NCBI GenBank assembly: GCA_024137785.1
Contig: JAHRHZ010000139.1
Location: 47,128,652-47,192,651, forward strand
Source: Ginglymostoma cirratum
Taxonomy: Eukaryota
Length of the DNA stretch: 64,000 nucleotides
Reading direction: 5' to 3'
Positions 13,020 to 24,400 of this stretch are shown here, piece by piece. The translations under genes and the position numbers were made by a program. The first letter of the stretch is position 1; each line of letters starts with the position of its first letter. The notes beneath the pieces are model-generated. The model made no database searches. It was not told the DNA's origin and was given only the letters and a program-made list of their open reading frames with translations.

Positions 13020-14050
13020 TTTTGTGTGCGCGCACACTGTCTCAGCTGACATCTAAATAACACGGGCATAATTCGCCAGAGTTTGGAAATGCAGGTTTGA
13101 AGGCGCTGTGCAGTAAGGAAGGGATGGCGTCAGCGGTTTGCATGACAGAGCGCGGAGCTTGTCTGGTGGACTCTTTTTTTTAAAATTAGAAGCTGGAATT
13201 TTACACTGGAGCTGCGAAAGCAGAGCATTAACAGAGGGAAGTTGTTGAGCACGGCTTCCACACGTAGCCAAGTTAGCAGCTCTGCCAGTGCCCTCTCAAA
13301 GAGTTAATTGCACAGCGGCGATCTTAATGAGTTCATTGATGGAAAAGCGGCAGTCACCACCAATTTACGAAGTGGATTTTGGAAGGGCTGCAATCGCGTT
13401 TAGTAATTTCCTGAAAACCAACAGGATACCCTAATCCTGTTTGCTAATAATGTTGCAAGCGGCTAGCAACAATGTGTCACTTTACAGGCGCAAGTCGCCT
13501 GAAAAGTGTCTGTAAACTTTTTTTTCTCCTAACGCACCGCGCTTCATGTGTAAATGTTGGGGCCAGTGATTGTACGAGCACTAAGATATACAGAACAGGT
13601 TCAACAACAAAAAAAAACCCGAAATATCGAGAGTGCCATAAATCTGGAATGGCAGCAGCCAGTCTTGGCAGTGCCAGCTTGTTGGAGCTGGGCACTGGGG
13701 CCGTGCAGAGAGAGCTGCAGCCAGGGAAATGATTGCTCCGCTGAAAGAGGTGGGGACCAGATGACAGCAAATGGACCGTCAGCAGCTAAAGCTCGCTCGG
13801 GTTTTTTTTTTGCTGTCTCTATACCAGGCAGTCCATCCCACTTTTCTCTCTCTCTCTCTCTGCCCCCCCGGTTGTTTTTGTTTGCTCGCTGCTTCCAGCT
13901 GCTGTTCCAATGAGTAATCGATGTGTTTGAGCAGCCCGGGCGGTAAGAAAGCGCTTGATCGGGAACTGCGTGGTGTGTATCGGGCACTGGGCTCACGGGA
14001 TGGTGTCCCCTACCACAGTCTGCTGAGCCTCTTGGCTCCATTCAAACACA
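13020..14050 (+). promoter_or_regulatory. ARID5B: internal promoter / 5'UTR region of the ARID5B short isoform (CpG-retaining, transposon-free)
   Basis: Many CpGs (GCGCGC, CCCGGGCGG, ATCGCG) compared with the CpG-poor surroundings, a (CT)n tract at ~13845-13860, no transposon debris, and it lies directly upstream of the ATG-G|GT micro coding exon. The TSS cannot be placed from sequence. Confidence 0.6.
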
Positions 14051-14054
14051 ATGG
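14051..14054 (+). CDS. ARID5B: ARID5B short-isoform first coding bases (ATG G|gtaaac)
   Basis: ACACAATGG has a good Kozak context (A at -3, G at +4) and is followed by GTAAAC. The phase-1 donor joins CA CCA AAT at 17869 to give MAPNLKGRPRKKK, the known N-terminus of mammalian ARID5B isoform 2. Confidence 0.75.
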
Positions 14055-14349
14055 GTAAACCGGGGTTTGTGTTCTCTCTGTCTCTGCTTATGCCTGCCTC
14101 CTCTTGTATTTCTTCGGCTGAGTTTGTTAGCCACCCTGACAGTGCGGTGTTAAATGTTCTTTTGTGTGGTTTTACTGTATTAACGTGACTCACAGTGGAC
14201 GTAGTTTTTAGTCAAAGGGCTAAGGTGGGCCAGATATTTTTAGTTGCTTGAAATGGTCTAAATTAGGAAATAGCCACTGCACAATTCCAGGTCCAGTGTG
14301 AAGCTGTCAATGTTTCATATTGCATAAGTTCCATGTGATTTGTTTTTGT

Positions 14350-15450
14350 CAGTCTGAGCGTGTGTGCCTGTCAGTCTGACTGTGTGTCAGTCTGTGTACC
14401 TGTGTCTCTGTGTGTCTGTCGTTCTCTCTCTGCATGGCTCTGTGTGCGCATGCACGCTTCTACATGTGTGCATGTGTATCCATGAATGTGCACATACCTC
14501 TGCCTGTGTGTCTCCGTGTAGGTGTAGGTGCGCCTGTATTGGTCTGTGTGCATACATGCACTTGTGTGTGTGTGTCTGCATGCGTGCCTGCATCTGCACG
14601 TGCACCTGTATGTGTGTGCGTGCATGGATGAGCACAGATGCGCACACGTGCCTGTGTCTGTGTGGATGGAGGGGCTGCGCGTAGACAAATGCAGATGGAG
14701 GCACGCACTCGTGTGCCCATGTGGATGGAGGGACGCACCCGTCTGTGTGGATGGAGGGGCCGCATGTGGATAAGCGCAGATAGAGGCACACGCACGCCTG
14801 TGTGTATATGTATGCGTTTCATTCTGTAGGTCAGTCTGTGCATGTCTCTGTCCATGTGCACTTCTTAGCTGTGTCTGCGTCTCTGTCAGTGTGTTCACGT
14901 GTGTCAGTTTGTGTGCTCTTGTGTGTGCTTGGATCTGTTGTTCTGCACATGTTTGTGTGGCTGTCCGTCAGTGTGTGTGCGTCTTTGTCAGTCTGCATGT
15001 GTTTGTGTCCCCCAATGTCAGTCTTTGCACATATGTGTCTGTCAGTGTATGCAAATCTGTCAGTGTCCCTTTTCTGTCAGTCTGTGTGTGTGCATGTGTA
15101 TATCGGTCAGTCGGCACATGCATGTGAGATGTGTGTCTCCCAGTCAGTCTGTGTGCGCGTTCCCATGTCTTTAGTGGGCACGTATTCATTGGTCTGTCTG
15201 CCGCGCTGTGTGCCATCCTGGTGCTTGCTTGCTGCTTGTCTTGTGCATGTGACACACAGTGTGCCCGCCCATACTATGCTGACACCCTCCTCTCTGCCTG
15301 TCTGTGTGTGCGCCCAACACTCTTGTCTGTGCCCGTCTGCATATGCCCATTTGTGCACATGCCCTGCACATGCTCACTTTGCGTGTGTGCCCGACATACT
15401 CTGTGTCCATCTGATTGTTCCTGCTGTGTGTGTGTATGTTTGTCTCTGCG
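14350..15450. repeat. 1.1-kb degenerate (TG)n / (TGTC)n / (TGCA)n cryptic microsatellite
   Basis: Low-complexity TG-rich tract, with an internal triplication of GTGGATGGAGGG near 14660-14760. It explains the cluster of C/V/H/T-rich ORFs. Confidence 0.9.
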
Positions 15451-17868
15451 TGGGAGGTTGGAGTGATGACTTCACTTTTACTGTAATCTGACAGGATGCC
15501 ATCACACTGCAACAATGCTATAGAAGAATTCTAAATCCAAACCATTTTTGGGCATACTTCGCTGAAATGTAGTTTGTCTAATATTTCAGAATCAGCTCAA
15601 ATTGGATAATTTCCTCTGTCACTGTGATTCATATTTGTTAAGCATGTTTCAAACAATTAGGATGATGCAATGAGGAACCTTTTCTGAAATTAACAGGATA
15701 ACGTTTCTAAGGCCCTCTTTTACACAACAAAACCCAATTGACTAAAGATTAATGTGTCACTTGTATGTTTTGGCTACACACTCAATTACAAATAATAAAC
15801 ACTGTGTAAGGTATCGCAGGGCATTCTTGTAGATGATAAATACTCCAAAGCACTGTATAAAGCTATCTTTACAGTCTTACACAATATTTGTTTGTTTTGT
15901 TCTTAATGGAAGTGTACGTACAAACTAAGTGATACTTTTAAAAATGCCAACACACCGCATTATGATGGGATTTTGCATTTCATCAGCAACTCCGTTGTTT
16001 TGGAGACAGCTTACCAAATCCCAGTGCTCATTACAGTTTACGTCTGAACCCTGTCATTATATCAGTCATCGGCTACTGAACAAATATACAGTAATTAAAT
16101 GGGAATTGTTGCTTATTTCATGTAGCTTTTGATGTCTTGACTGCTCTTTATAGTACAGTATGAAAGAAAGTATGAACTTAGCTTTTGAGTTGTCAAACAC
16201 TGTGCTTAATGGTTGCTAATCTCTCTGATCTTTTGTAACCGGTTCCAAGCACTTCAGCAAAGTGAATTCTCAAATAGTCATGTTCCAAGCAGTTCCTACT
16301 TAACGTCAGAATATTTCACAGCAGTGCAGAGAGTGCTTGAATTCCTCTCAGTGTGGAATTGGTGCGTGACTGATGTGAGTTGTGTTCCCTGGAGCATTGC
16401 TGGCTTGGTATGAACATGTCTGTTGATTGCAATGAAAATGACATGGAGCAGAGTGAGATTTATGGTGCTTTGGGGTCTTCAAGGCCACAATACATTAAAT
16501 AGCGATGTGGCGGTGGTGGTACCGAGTTATGCCCGTCAGTGTCAAGTGATGAAATGGGGTTCTAGACCCTCATGTACCGATGATGAGTGGCTTGGCTTTT
16601 ACTGCCTGCTGTGGGTATGAGACCCCTGCCAGTGTAGAACTACTGCTCTGAGTATTGTATTACAAATACCATTTTGTAAGCAGAGTAACGTCCATGGTTT
16701 TTCTGGATTTTTCTGTTGGTGCGATCGAACAGTTGCAGAGAAGGTCACTGGAAGACAGCAATGTTAGATGAAAATAGCAGTCATCGGTCTGAAGTGATTA
16801 AATCTAGCAAGGTTCACGGTAATGCAGCCCAGTCGCAGGAGATGCCTAAAAAGCAGTGATTCTGTTACCTTTCTGCATGACCTCTTTAACTCTCCATTAC
16901 ATGCCTTCCTCACTCTTTTTAACTCCATTGAAATCGACAAGTGGTGGACCTGATATCACCACCTTTGTGTTCAGTCAAAAATACGTCAGCTCTATTGAGG
17001 GCAAGTTGTTGTGATTGGTGCAGGTTAGTGCCCTGTCAGGGTACAGCAGTGGGCTGAGGGGGTGGCACCAAGTAAAGGTTTGGTTTGCAGTCAGTTATAT
17101 TTTACTGCCACTTAGTTCATCTGTGTTCAGTACTGTAAATTGTGTCCAACCTGTAAACAGGGGATAAGCTGTTTCAAAGTTGTCCTGCCACATATCTGCT
17201 CATTCAGGATCTGTGCTATCAGTGTGGTTTGATCTTTTTAGGGTCAAGGATGAGCAATGGGCCCAGCCCACAGTGAGGTAAAAGTGACTAAACAGCACAT
17301 AGTGGGCAGTGTCTCGGGCCCACTTGAAGCTCGCCAGAGACAGGGCTGCGGCTATACAAAGGAAACCAGTTATTGCTGCACTGTTTTTTATTGGTGCACC
17401 TGGGAAGGGCTGCGAAAAAATTTGGAAGTGAAACAAAATGTCATTGCTGTGAAAACTTTCCTTTTTTATTGCAATTGCAGCTGAAGAAATTGTGCTTAGT
17501 TAAATATTTTGCAGTGAAGTTATTTATAGCAGTGAAACAGTGCAGCTACACAGAATGTACATGCTCATCCTGTAATGTAAGAGCTGGCATCCATATTGGG
17601 CTGTCTGCATTCTCAAAGGGATATTGGGGTGATGGCAACATTTCGCTGGGAATGGACATCAGTGGAGCATTAAGGGCTCCTGTACCCTTTTAGTGGGAAG
17701 GTTTGTTCAGCAATGCTGCTATTTATACAAAATGCTTGATGATCATATTGGTTAGAACAATGTGGGTGTCCCCTTAATATTGGCACAGAATTGTACTTGC
17801 AGTAAACATTCTCTGATGATCGTTGCTCTTTGAGTTCTTGAAATTGTTCCCTGTTCTTTTATTTTCAG

Positions 17869-17987
17869 CACCAAATCTTAAAGGGCGCCCTCGGAAGAAG
17901 AAGCACCCCTCCCAGAAGCGGGACACCCAAGCTGTAAATGGTCAGAGAGATTCCAATGAGGATTCGGATGGAAAAGCCAGTGCCAAA
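17869..17987 (+). CDS. ARID5B: ARID5B exon (equivalent to human exon 5): (A)PNLKGRPRKKKHPSQKRD...DGKASAK, AT-hook-like GRPR/NLS
   Basis: Acceptor TTCTTTTATTTTCAG, donor GTACGG, 119 nt; matches human APNLKGRPRKKKPCPQRRD...SDGKAVAK. Confidence 0.95.
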
Positions 17988-18109
17988 GTACGGTCTAGTT
18001 GAGTTCTTTTCATGCCTGGTATCTTTTGGTAAGGCAGCCTTTTTTTTAAAAAAAATTGATAGCTGCTTGCTTGCAGGATTAAAAGCCAAGTGTCAACACA
18101 GCCCAGCAA

Positions 18110-18990
18110 GGAGCACTATTGCTCAAGTCAGGAGGGTGTGTGTTCAAGTCCCACTCCCGACGATTCGAGCACAGGATTCAAGCTGCTGCCGGGGCAGGAG
18201 GTGCTGCTGTTGGGTGGGGTCTGCCTCCTGAATACAACATAAAACCAAGCCCCCACATCCACCTGTTTCAGATGGCTGGCGCTCAAGTCCAACTCCAGTA
18301 CTCGTAAGGGCCATAAGACCCTGGAGCAATCTAGCGATGATATATTGGAGCTGCTCCCCACTGGGCATAAATAGCACAGTGTGGGTGGAGTTAGTTGGAT
18401 TTATAGATGAAATGAGATTGGATTAGATTGAGAGATGGAAACACTAGTGTTTCAGTGACGTGACAGTAATGTTGGAACCTTGGGTATCTCAGGTTGCCAT
18501 GTATCCCCAGTAGTTTTTATTAACGTACGGGTAGCAGAAGTCTAAGAGTCTGACAACTGTTCTTTGATCTTTCTTTCTCCTTGATGAGAGTTGGATTTGG
18601 CTGTAAATCCCAGCAGCAAAGGAGAAATGTGAGTGCATCAGCTCGACTGGCATTGTCAAAGGGGTAGGTGAGGTGTTACAGTGAGACCCCATCAGATGGA
18701 AGGAAGGATTCCATGACCTCTATCTAGAAAAGGAAGCAGGTGTGTCCTTCCTGGTGTCCTGGCCAGTATTTATCCCCTAGTCAATCACGTTTTGGGGGGG
18801 AAAAAAAAGCCTTGGATGATGTAGTCATTGTCATATTGCTGTTTGTGGGAGCTTGCTGTGCACAGATTGGCTGCTGCCTTTCTGAAAAAACACCAGTGAC
18901 TTGTACCTCCAAAAGTATTTCATTGGCTGCATAGTTCTTTGAATGTCTTGGATGTTGTGAAAGTCTCTAAGTAGGTGAAAGCCTGATCTT
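18110..18990 (+). mobile_element. Deu-domain SINE pieces (head ~18110-18280, body and tail ~18745-18990)
   Basis: GTTCAAGTCCCACTCC B-box head; GCTGTTTGTGGGAGCTTGCTGTGCACAGATTGGCTGC Deu core. Confidence 0.65.
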
Positions 18991-19103
18991 TTGTAACAGT
19001 TACTTGTATTGACCTTTTGAGGATATTAACATAAGGCTCTGTTTGGGTGTGAATTGTCAAGCTGCAGCATTGTTGTAAATTCTGTTCTTGTTTTCCATCT
19101 CAG

Positions 19104-19308
19104 GCAAAATGTGAGCCCAAAGCCACAATGGTGAAACCCAAGAATAACAGCAGCAACTGCAAAAATCTCTCGGCTGACGAAAAATCCAAGGCTGCTGCTG
19201 ATGAAGAATGCAGAGCTGAAGAGCAAACGTTCCTCGTCACTCTCTACAAATACATGAAGGAAAGAAATACACCAATAGAAAGGATACCATACCTTGGGTT
19301 TAAACAGA
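19104..19308 (+). CDS. ARID5B: ARID5B exon 6: AKCEPKATMVKPKNN...ECRAEEQTFLVTLYKYMKERNTPIERIPYLGFKQ (start of ARID domain)
   Basis: Acceptor TTTTCCATCTCAG, donor A|GTAAGT, 205 nt (phase 0 to 1); ARID signature. Confidence 0.97.
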
Positions 19309-21086
19309 GTAAGTGCCACCTCTTGTCCTTTCATGGCATTTAAAAAAGTTCCTTGGAAAATCTGTTCGCACCACTGAATGTGCTAGCCTGCATGTGCTAA
19401 CCTATACATACTATATGAAGGAATTCAAGAGGCTGACTTCATGGTGTTAGAAATCTCAGGTTAGCCAAGTGCTGGTGGGGTATGGTGGGAGCGTGGTAAC
19501 CAGTAGCAGCTAATTTGATGTCTATTGGTGGGGACTGCTGTCCCTATTAAACAGGGAGTGGTAGTCACTGCTGGGACTGCACCTGGAGAATGAGGGAGTG
19601 TCAATGACTCAGTCAGGCAAGTAGGAGTTGTAGACATTCATGCAGGCCCCAGGCTGGGTGATGGTGTAGGCAGGCAGTGCCATTGTTAGGTGGGGAGTGC
19701 CCATAGCTTCCAGGGAGTGCCTGTAAAAGAGGAACCCCCAACCCACCAAGCCAGTTGCTGTGTCACGTGGTGGTGCCCCAGTGGCTGGTAAAGTGCCCGG
19801 GAGGTGCAAAAAAGGCCCTTGTTCCGCCACTTAGGAATTCTGGGAGGGACACCTTTCCTGCCGTTGACAAAATGACAGGGAGATTATAGACCACCTCACC
19901 AGCGTCACTCTCTGCCACCCCCCCATCTTAAAACAAAAATAGGCTGGTACTGTCTAGCCCAGTGGATGAACTCTACTGTCTATAATACATTTAAAGATCA
20001 TGTTGTACTAGGAACTGGCTTTTGTCAGCCAGGATGACACTGAGTAAATGTTAGTGTGATGAGTTTGTCATCTGGGTTTGTGTTCTTGATTGAGCTGCGA
20101 TATTGTTGCAGCCTAGGAGTCTCCCAGAGGCTTTCCCAGTGACGAATGATCGCTAAGATGCTATCTCCCAGTGAATGGTCTCAATTGTGTTTCTTTAAGA
20201 GTGAAATGCCGGACTGTAAATCGCAGGCAGAGAGAAGTTTTGTTGAGGGGCATTGAGATCCTTTCTGTCAGAATATGGAAAAGTTGGAAATATATCCACA
20301 AATAAGGAGTGAGGGTGTGATATAATGTGTTGACAGAATGGTTCCCCGAGTTTAATTCTTGTCTGACAATTTCTGTCTCCTCAGTAATGAGATAAAAATA
20401 TTCTGAGCTAACTGCTGTTGTGTTTCTACAAATGAGAAGTGTTGTTCACTACTTGTTAAAATGTTTTTGAAGGCAGCTCCTGTGAAGTAAATATAGAATT
20501 ACACAGCCATTCCCAATGTGGGTCAGGGTAATGTGTGTGAACAGAATCAGCCCACCCAACCCAGAGGTTTGAATGGCAGAGACTCTGTCTCATTGTAGCC
20601 ATGGCTAACCCCTTTAAATAGAGAAGGCAGGTGAGGAGAGCTTAGAAGCTCAGACTGTTCAGGGCTCACTGCTTGCACCAACATTCTGGCCAGGCGGGAG
20701 ACACAGGATGACCGAATGGGCGCTCTCTCTCTCTTTTGGAAACGGTGTTGTCTGCTCCTTGAAAAGGTTCCTGCCCTCTTGCTGTCACATGAGGGCGTTG
20801 ACATTATGACATGGCAGTGAAAGTCACCAGAGCCCTCACATTTATACGACATGCTCCTCTGAGATCCTAATTTGGGAGGTTCCGGGAGTCAGACGGTTTG
20901 CGCTGTGCCCCTTTATCAGTTGTCAGCCCTGTCATGCTCTGGGCCTGTGAGGAGCCCCTCTACTCCCGTGAGAGAGGAGGCGGAGGCAGGTGGCAGCTTG
21001 CCTAAGCTCTGGAGTGTAAATGACCATCTTCACTCTCCCGCAAACCTGCAGCTTTAACAATGATAGCTGTTTATTGGTGCGCTGTC

Positions 21087-21279
21087 ACCTCCTGCTGTAT
21101 ACATACGCTACCAGTTGAAGGAGTAACCAGTTAGCTAGCGAAATGACTAGCTGTCCTGGCTGCAGGAGGTATAGGATTAACCAGAGACCAAGATCTTCAG
21201 ACAGCTGGTCATGTCAGTAGCTAACTGGTTCCTCCTTCAACCGGTAGAGTATGTATCTCTCTGACTAATCCTATACCTC
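21087..21279. mobile_element. miniature element with DIRS-like ITR / ICR / right-extension architecture
   Basis: 57-bp inverted repeats at 21099-21155 and 21200-21256 (50/57 match); internal 21166-21187 is complementary to 21258-21279 (20/22); ACCTC occurs at both ends. Confidence 0.55.
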
Positions 21280-21799
21280 TGGGTGCATGACTCAGCTGCA
21301 GTGACCACTGGCTCATGGCTTACAGTCAGTCATCAAGTTGGCCAAGTAAAGAGTCTTCATTCACCAGCCTGTCTTGGCTTGTTTGAAGTCACTGATGTGC
21401 CCTGTGATGCTCCCAGGATAGTCTAAGCTGCCACTCACCAAGGCTTAGAGCTTTTGACCTCCGATCCACAATTGAGCCCATTGATGGTCGTCTTGACCAG
21501 CACAACCCACTATAACATCAGCAGTACTAGTTGCCCTGGTCATGTAGCAGGCCCCACTGTGACAAGCTCGCTCAGCTCAGAGATGGCATGGCAGGCTTGA
21601 CTCTTCCACCTGCGGTGACCACCTTATGCTGGTAATGTGCTCTTGTTCCCTGCTATTCTCCAATTCAACGAGGGTTAGTGGTGGTCTTTCACCTCAGCAT
21701 GGAATGAGATTTTTTAAAATTAGGTAAGACATCAAGGATACCAGCCAAAGTTGGGCAATTAAAATAGAGATGCGAATCAGCCATGATGCCAATATCTTT

Positions 21800-21989
21800 G
21801 AGGGAATGTGGGCATCACTGGCAAGGCCAGCATTTGTTACCCAACCTTACTGCAATTGAACTGAATGACTTGCTAGGCCATTTCAGGGGAGAGTTAAGAG
21901 TCATCTGCTATAGGTCAGGAGTCACATGTAGGCCAGACCAGGTAAGGATGGTAGATTTCCTTCTCTAAAGGGCATTAGGGTACCAGATG
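21800..21989 (-). mobile_element. tRNA-derived SINE 3' half (family of 38395-38835)
   Basis: GAGTCACATGTAGGCCAGACCAGGTAAGGATG is identical to 38479-38510; tail GGAATGTGGGCATCACTGGCAAGGCCAGCATTT. Confidence 0.75.
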
Positions 21990-22086
21990 CACAAACAGAA
22001 ATTGCTGGAAAAACTGAGCAGGTCTGGCAGCATCTGCGGACAAAAAGCAAAATTTAACATTTCAGGTCCAGTGACCCTTCTTCAGA
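21990..22086 (-). mobile_element. Penelope-like terminal fragment with hammerhead core (second subfamily)
   Basis: Minus strand reads TCTGAAGA-AGGGTCACTGGACCT-GAAAT-GTTA...GCAGATGCTGCCAGACCTGCTCAGTTTTTCCAGCAATTTCTGTTT. Confidence 0.7.
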
Positions 22087-22592
22087 GTACAGACCCCTTG
22101 TTATTCCCTGCGCACACCCACCCACACCCCACCCCACTTCTCCCCATCACCCTGTCCTCCCTGCACTGACCGTTCCCATCTCAGATGAATGGACTGTCGT
22201 TCACTGTACTAAAGGGATATTCCAAATTGTCCTGGGCTTTGGGAAGTGGCTGACATTTTTGGGTTCCTAACCCACATTTCTTCCCAGTAATGTGATGAGG
22301 TCAAACCACCAAAAATCTAACCCTAGTATCTGGATTTCCTGTCCAATTCTATAACCAATAAACTATCATACCCATAGATAGCATCTTGTCCACAGCTTTC
22401 AACACAATGCTGAGTCTGTACTAGATTGGAATTTAATAAATGGATTGTTAACCATGAGTGTAATTAGCTGTGGAAATCGCTGTCATGCAGGCACACTCTT
22501 TTGGATTATCCTGAAATGCTTCCTTTAGGCTGCAGTTAGGGTACAAAGTGTGATTTGTTTTCTCTTTGATCTGTGAAGCCTCTGAATGGTGG

Positions 22593-24400
22593 TACAAGAG
22601 AACAAAGAACAGAACAGCACAGGAACAGGCCCTTCGGCCCACCAAGACTGCACCAACACATAATGCCTTTCTAAGCTAAAAACCTTTTGCCTCTCCACTG
22701 TCCATATGATTCTATTACCTGCCTATTCGTATATCTGTATGATGCCTCTTAAATGTTGTTGTATTCTCCTCCACCACCTTCTCTTATAGCCCCCCCCCCC
22801 CACCCCCAGTGTGTTCAAAGAAAATGCCTCTCACATCTCCTTGAAACTTACCTCCTTCACCTTAAACCCATGTCCCCAGTAATTGACATTTCTATCCCAG
22901 GAAAAGAATTCGACTATCCATTTTATCCATGCCTGTCATGATTTTGTAAACTTCTGTTAGCTCGTCCCTCATCCTATAACATTCAGGTGAAATCAAACCA
23001 AGTTTTGTCCAATCTCTCCTCATGCCTAACCCTCTCCAATCTAAGCAATATCCTAGTAAACCACTTTTGTAACCCCCTCCAAAGCCACCTCATCCTTCTG
23101 GTATTGTGGTGACCAGAAATGTACAAAATATTCCAAATGTGTCCTAATTAAAGTTCTGTACAGCTGCAACATGGCTTGCCAATTTTTATACTCTGTGTCC
23201 CAACCATTGAAGGCAAGCATGCCATATGCATTCTTGACCACCTTACCAACTTGTGTTGCCACTTTCAGGGAACTGTGGACCTGTACACTGAGTTCCCCTC
23301 TGAATGTTGATGCTAAGGATTCTGCCATTTACTGAATACTTCCCTCCTGCATTAGATCTTCTAAATTGCATCACGTCACATTTATCCAGATTAAATTATC
23401 TCTAGCCTGTCTACATTCTGCTGTATTCTCCTCACTGTCTGCAGGTCTCCCAATCTTTGTCATCTGCAAACTTGCTAATCAGCCCGCCTACATTCTCCTC
23501 CAAATCATATATATATTAAAAATGACAGGATTCCCAGCACTGATCTCTGCAGAACACGACTGGTCACAGGTCTCCAGTCGGAAGAACACCTTTCCACCAC
23601 TACTGTCTTCCATGACCAAGTCAGTTCTGTATCGCTCTTCCCAGCTCACTGCGGATCCCATGTGACTTCACCTTTCATATCAGCCTGCCATGAGGGCCAT
23701 TGTCAAAGGCCCTGCTAAAGTCCATGTAGTCAACATTTAACACCCTGCCATCAACAATTATCTTCGTCACTTCAGAAAGTTCAGTCAAGTGTGTGAGACA
23801 TGACCTTCCCTGCACAAGCTGTGCTGCCAATTGCTAATAAGTCCATATTTTTCCAAATGTGAGCAAATCCTATCCCTAAGAATAATTTCCAATAATTTCC
23901 CTACTACTGACCTAAGGCTCACTGGCCTGTAGTTTCCTGGATTATCCCTGTTGCCCTCCTTAGCAAAGAACAACATTGTCTATTCTCAGGTCCTCTGGGA
24001 TCTCTCCTATGACTAAAGAGGATACAAAGATTTTGTACGAGGCTCCAGCATTTCCTCACCTAACTCTGCCAGCGTTCTGGGATAGATCCCATCAGGCCCT
24101 GGGGACTTGTCTACCTTAATGCTTTTCAAAGCACTCAACACCACCACCTTTTTTATGTTGACATACCCTAAAATATCAACATATCTCTCCCATCCTTGCC
24201 ATCTACCATGTCCTTCTCCTTTCTGAATTACTACTTGCAAAGAATTTAGGGATCTCACCCACTTGCTCCAGATCCCCCCACAAATTCCCTCCTTCGTCCT
24301 TGAGTGGACCTACCCTTTCCCTAGCTATCCTCTTGCACCTTATGTATGTATATAACACCTTAGAATTTTCCTTATCCCGTTTGCCAGAGACATTTCATGG
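22593..24400 (-). mobile_element. CR1 LINE, 5'-truncated and decayed
   Basis: Minus-strand ORFs with KSPGPDGIYPR, PGNYRPVSLRSVVGKLLE and MLQLYRTLIRTHLEY; CR1 3' tail at ~22593-22645. Confidence 0.92.

Noticed and set aside
14364-15515. Cluster of long overlapping ORFs (up to 229 aa) on both strands
   Set aside because: Artefact of the stop-poor (TG)n cryptic repeat.
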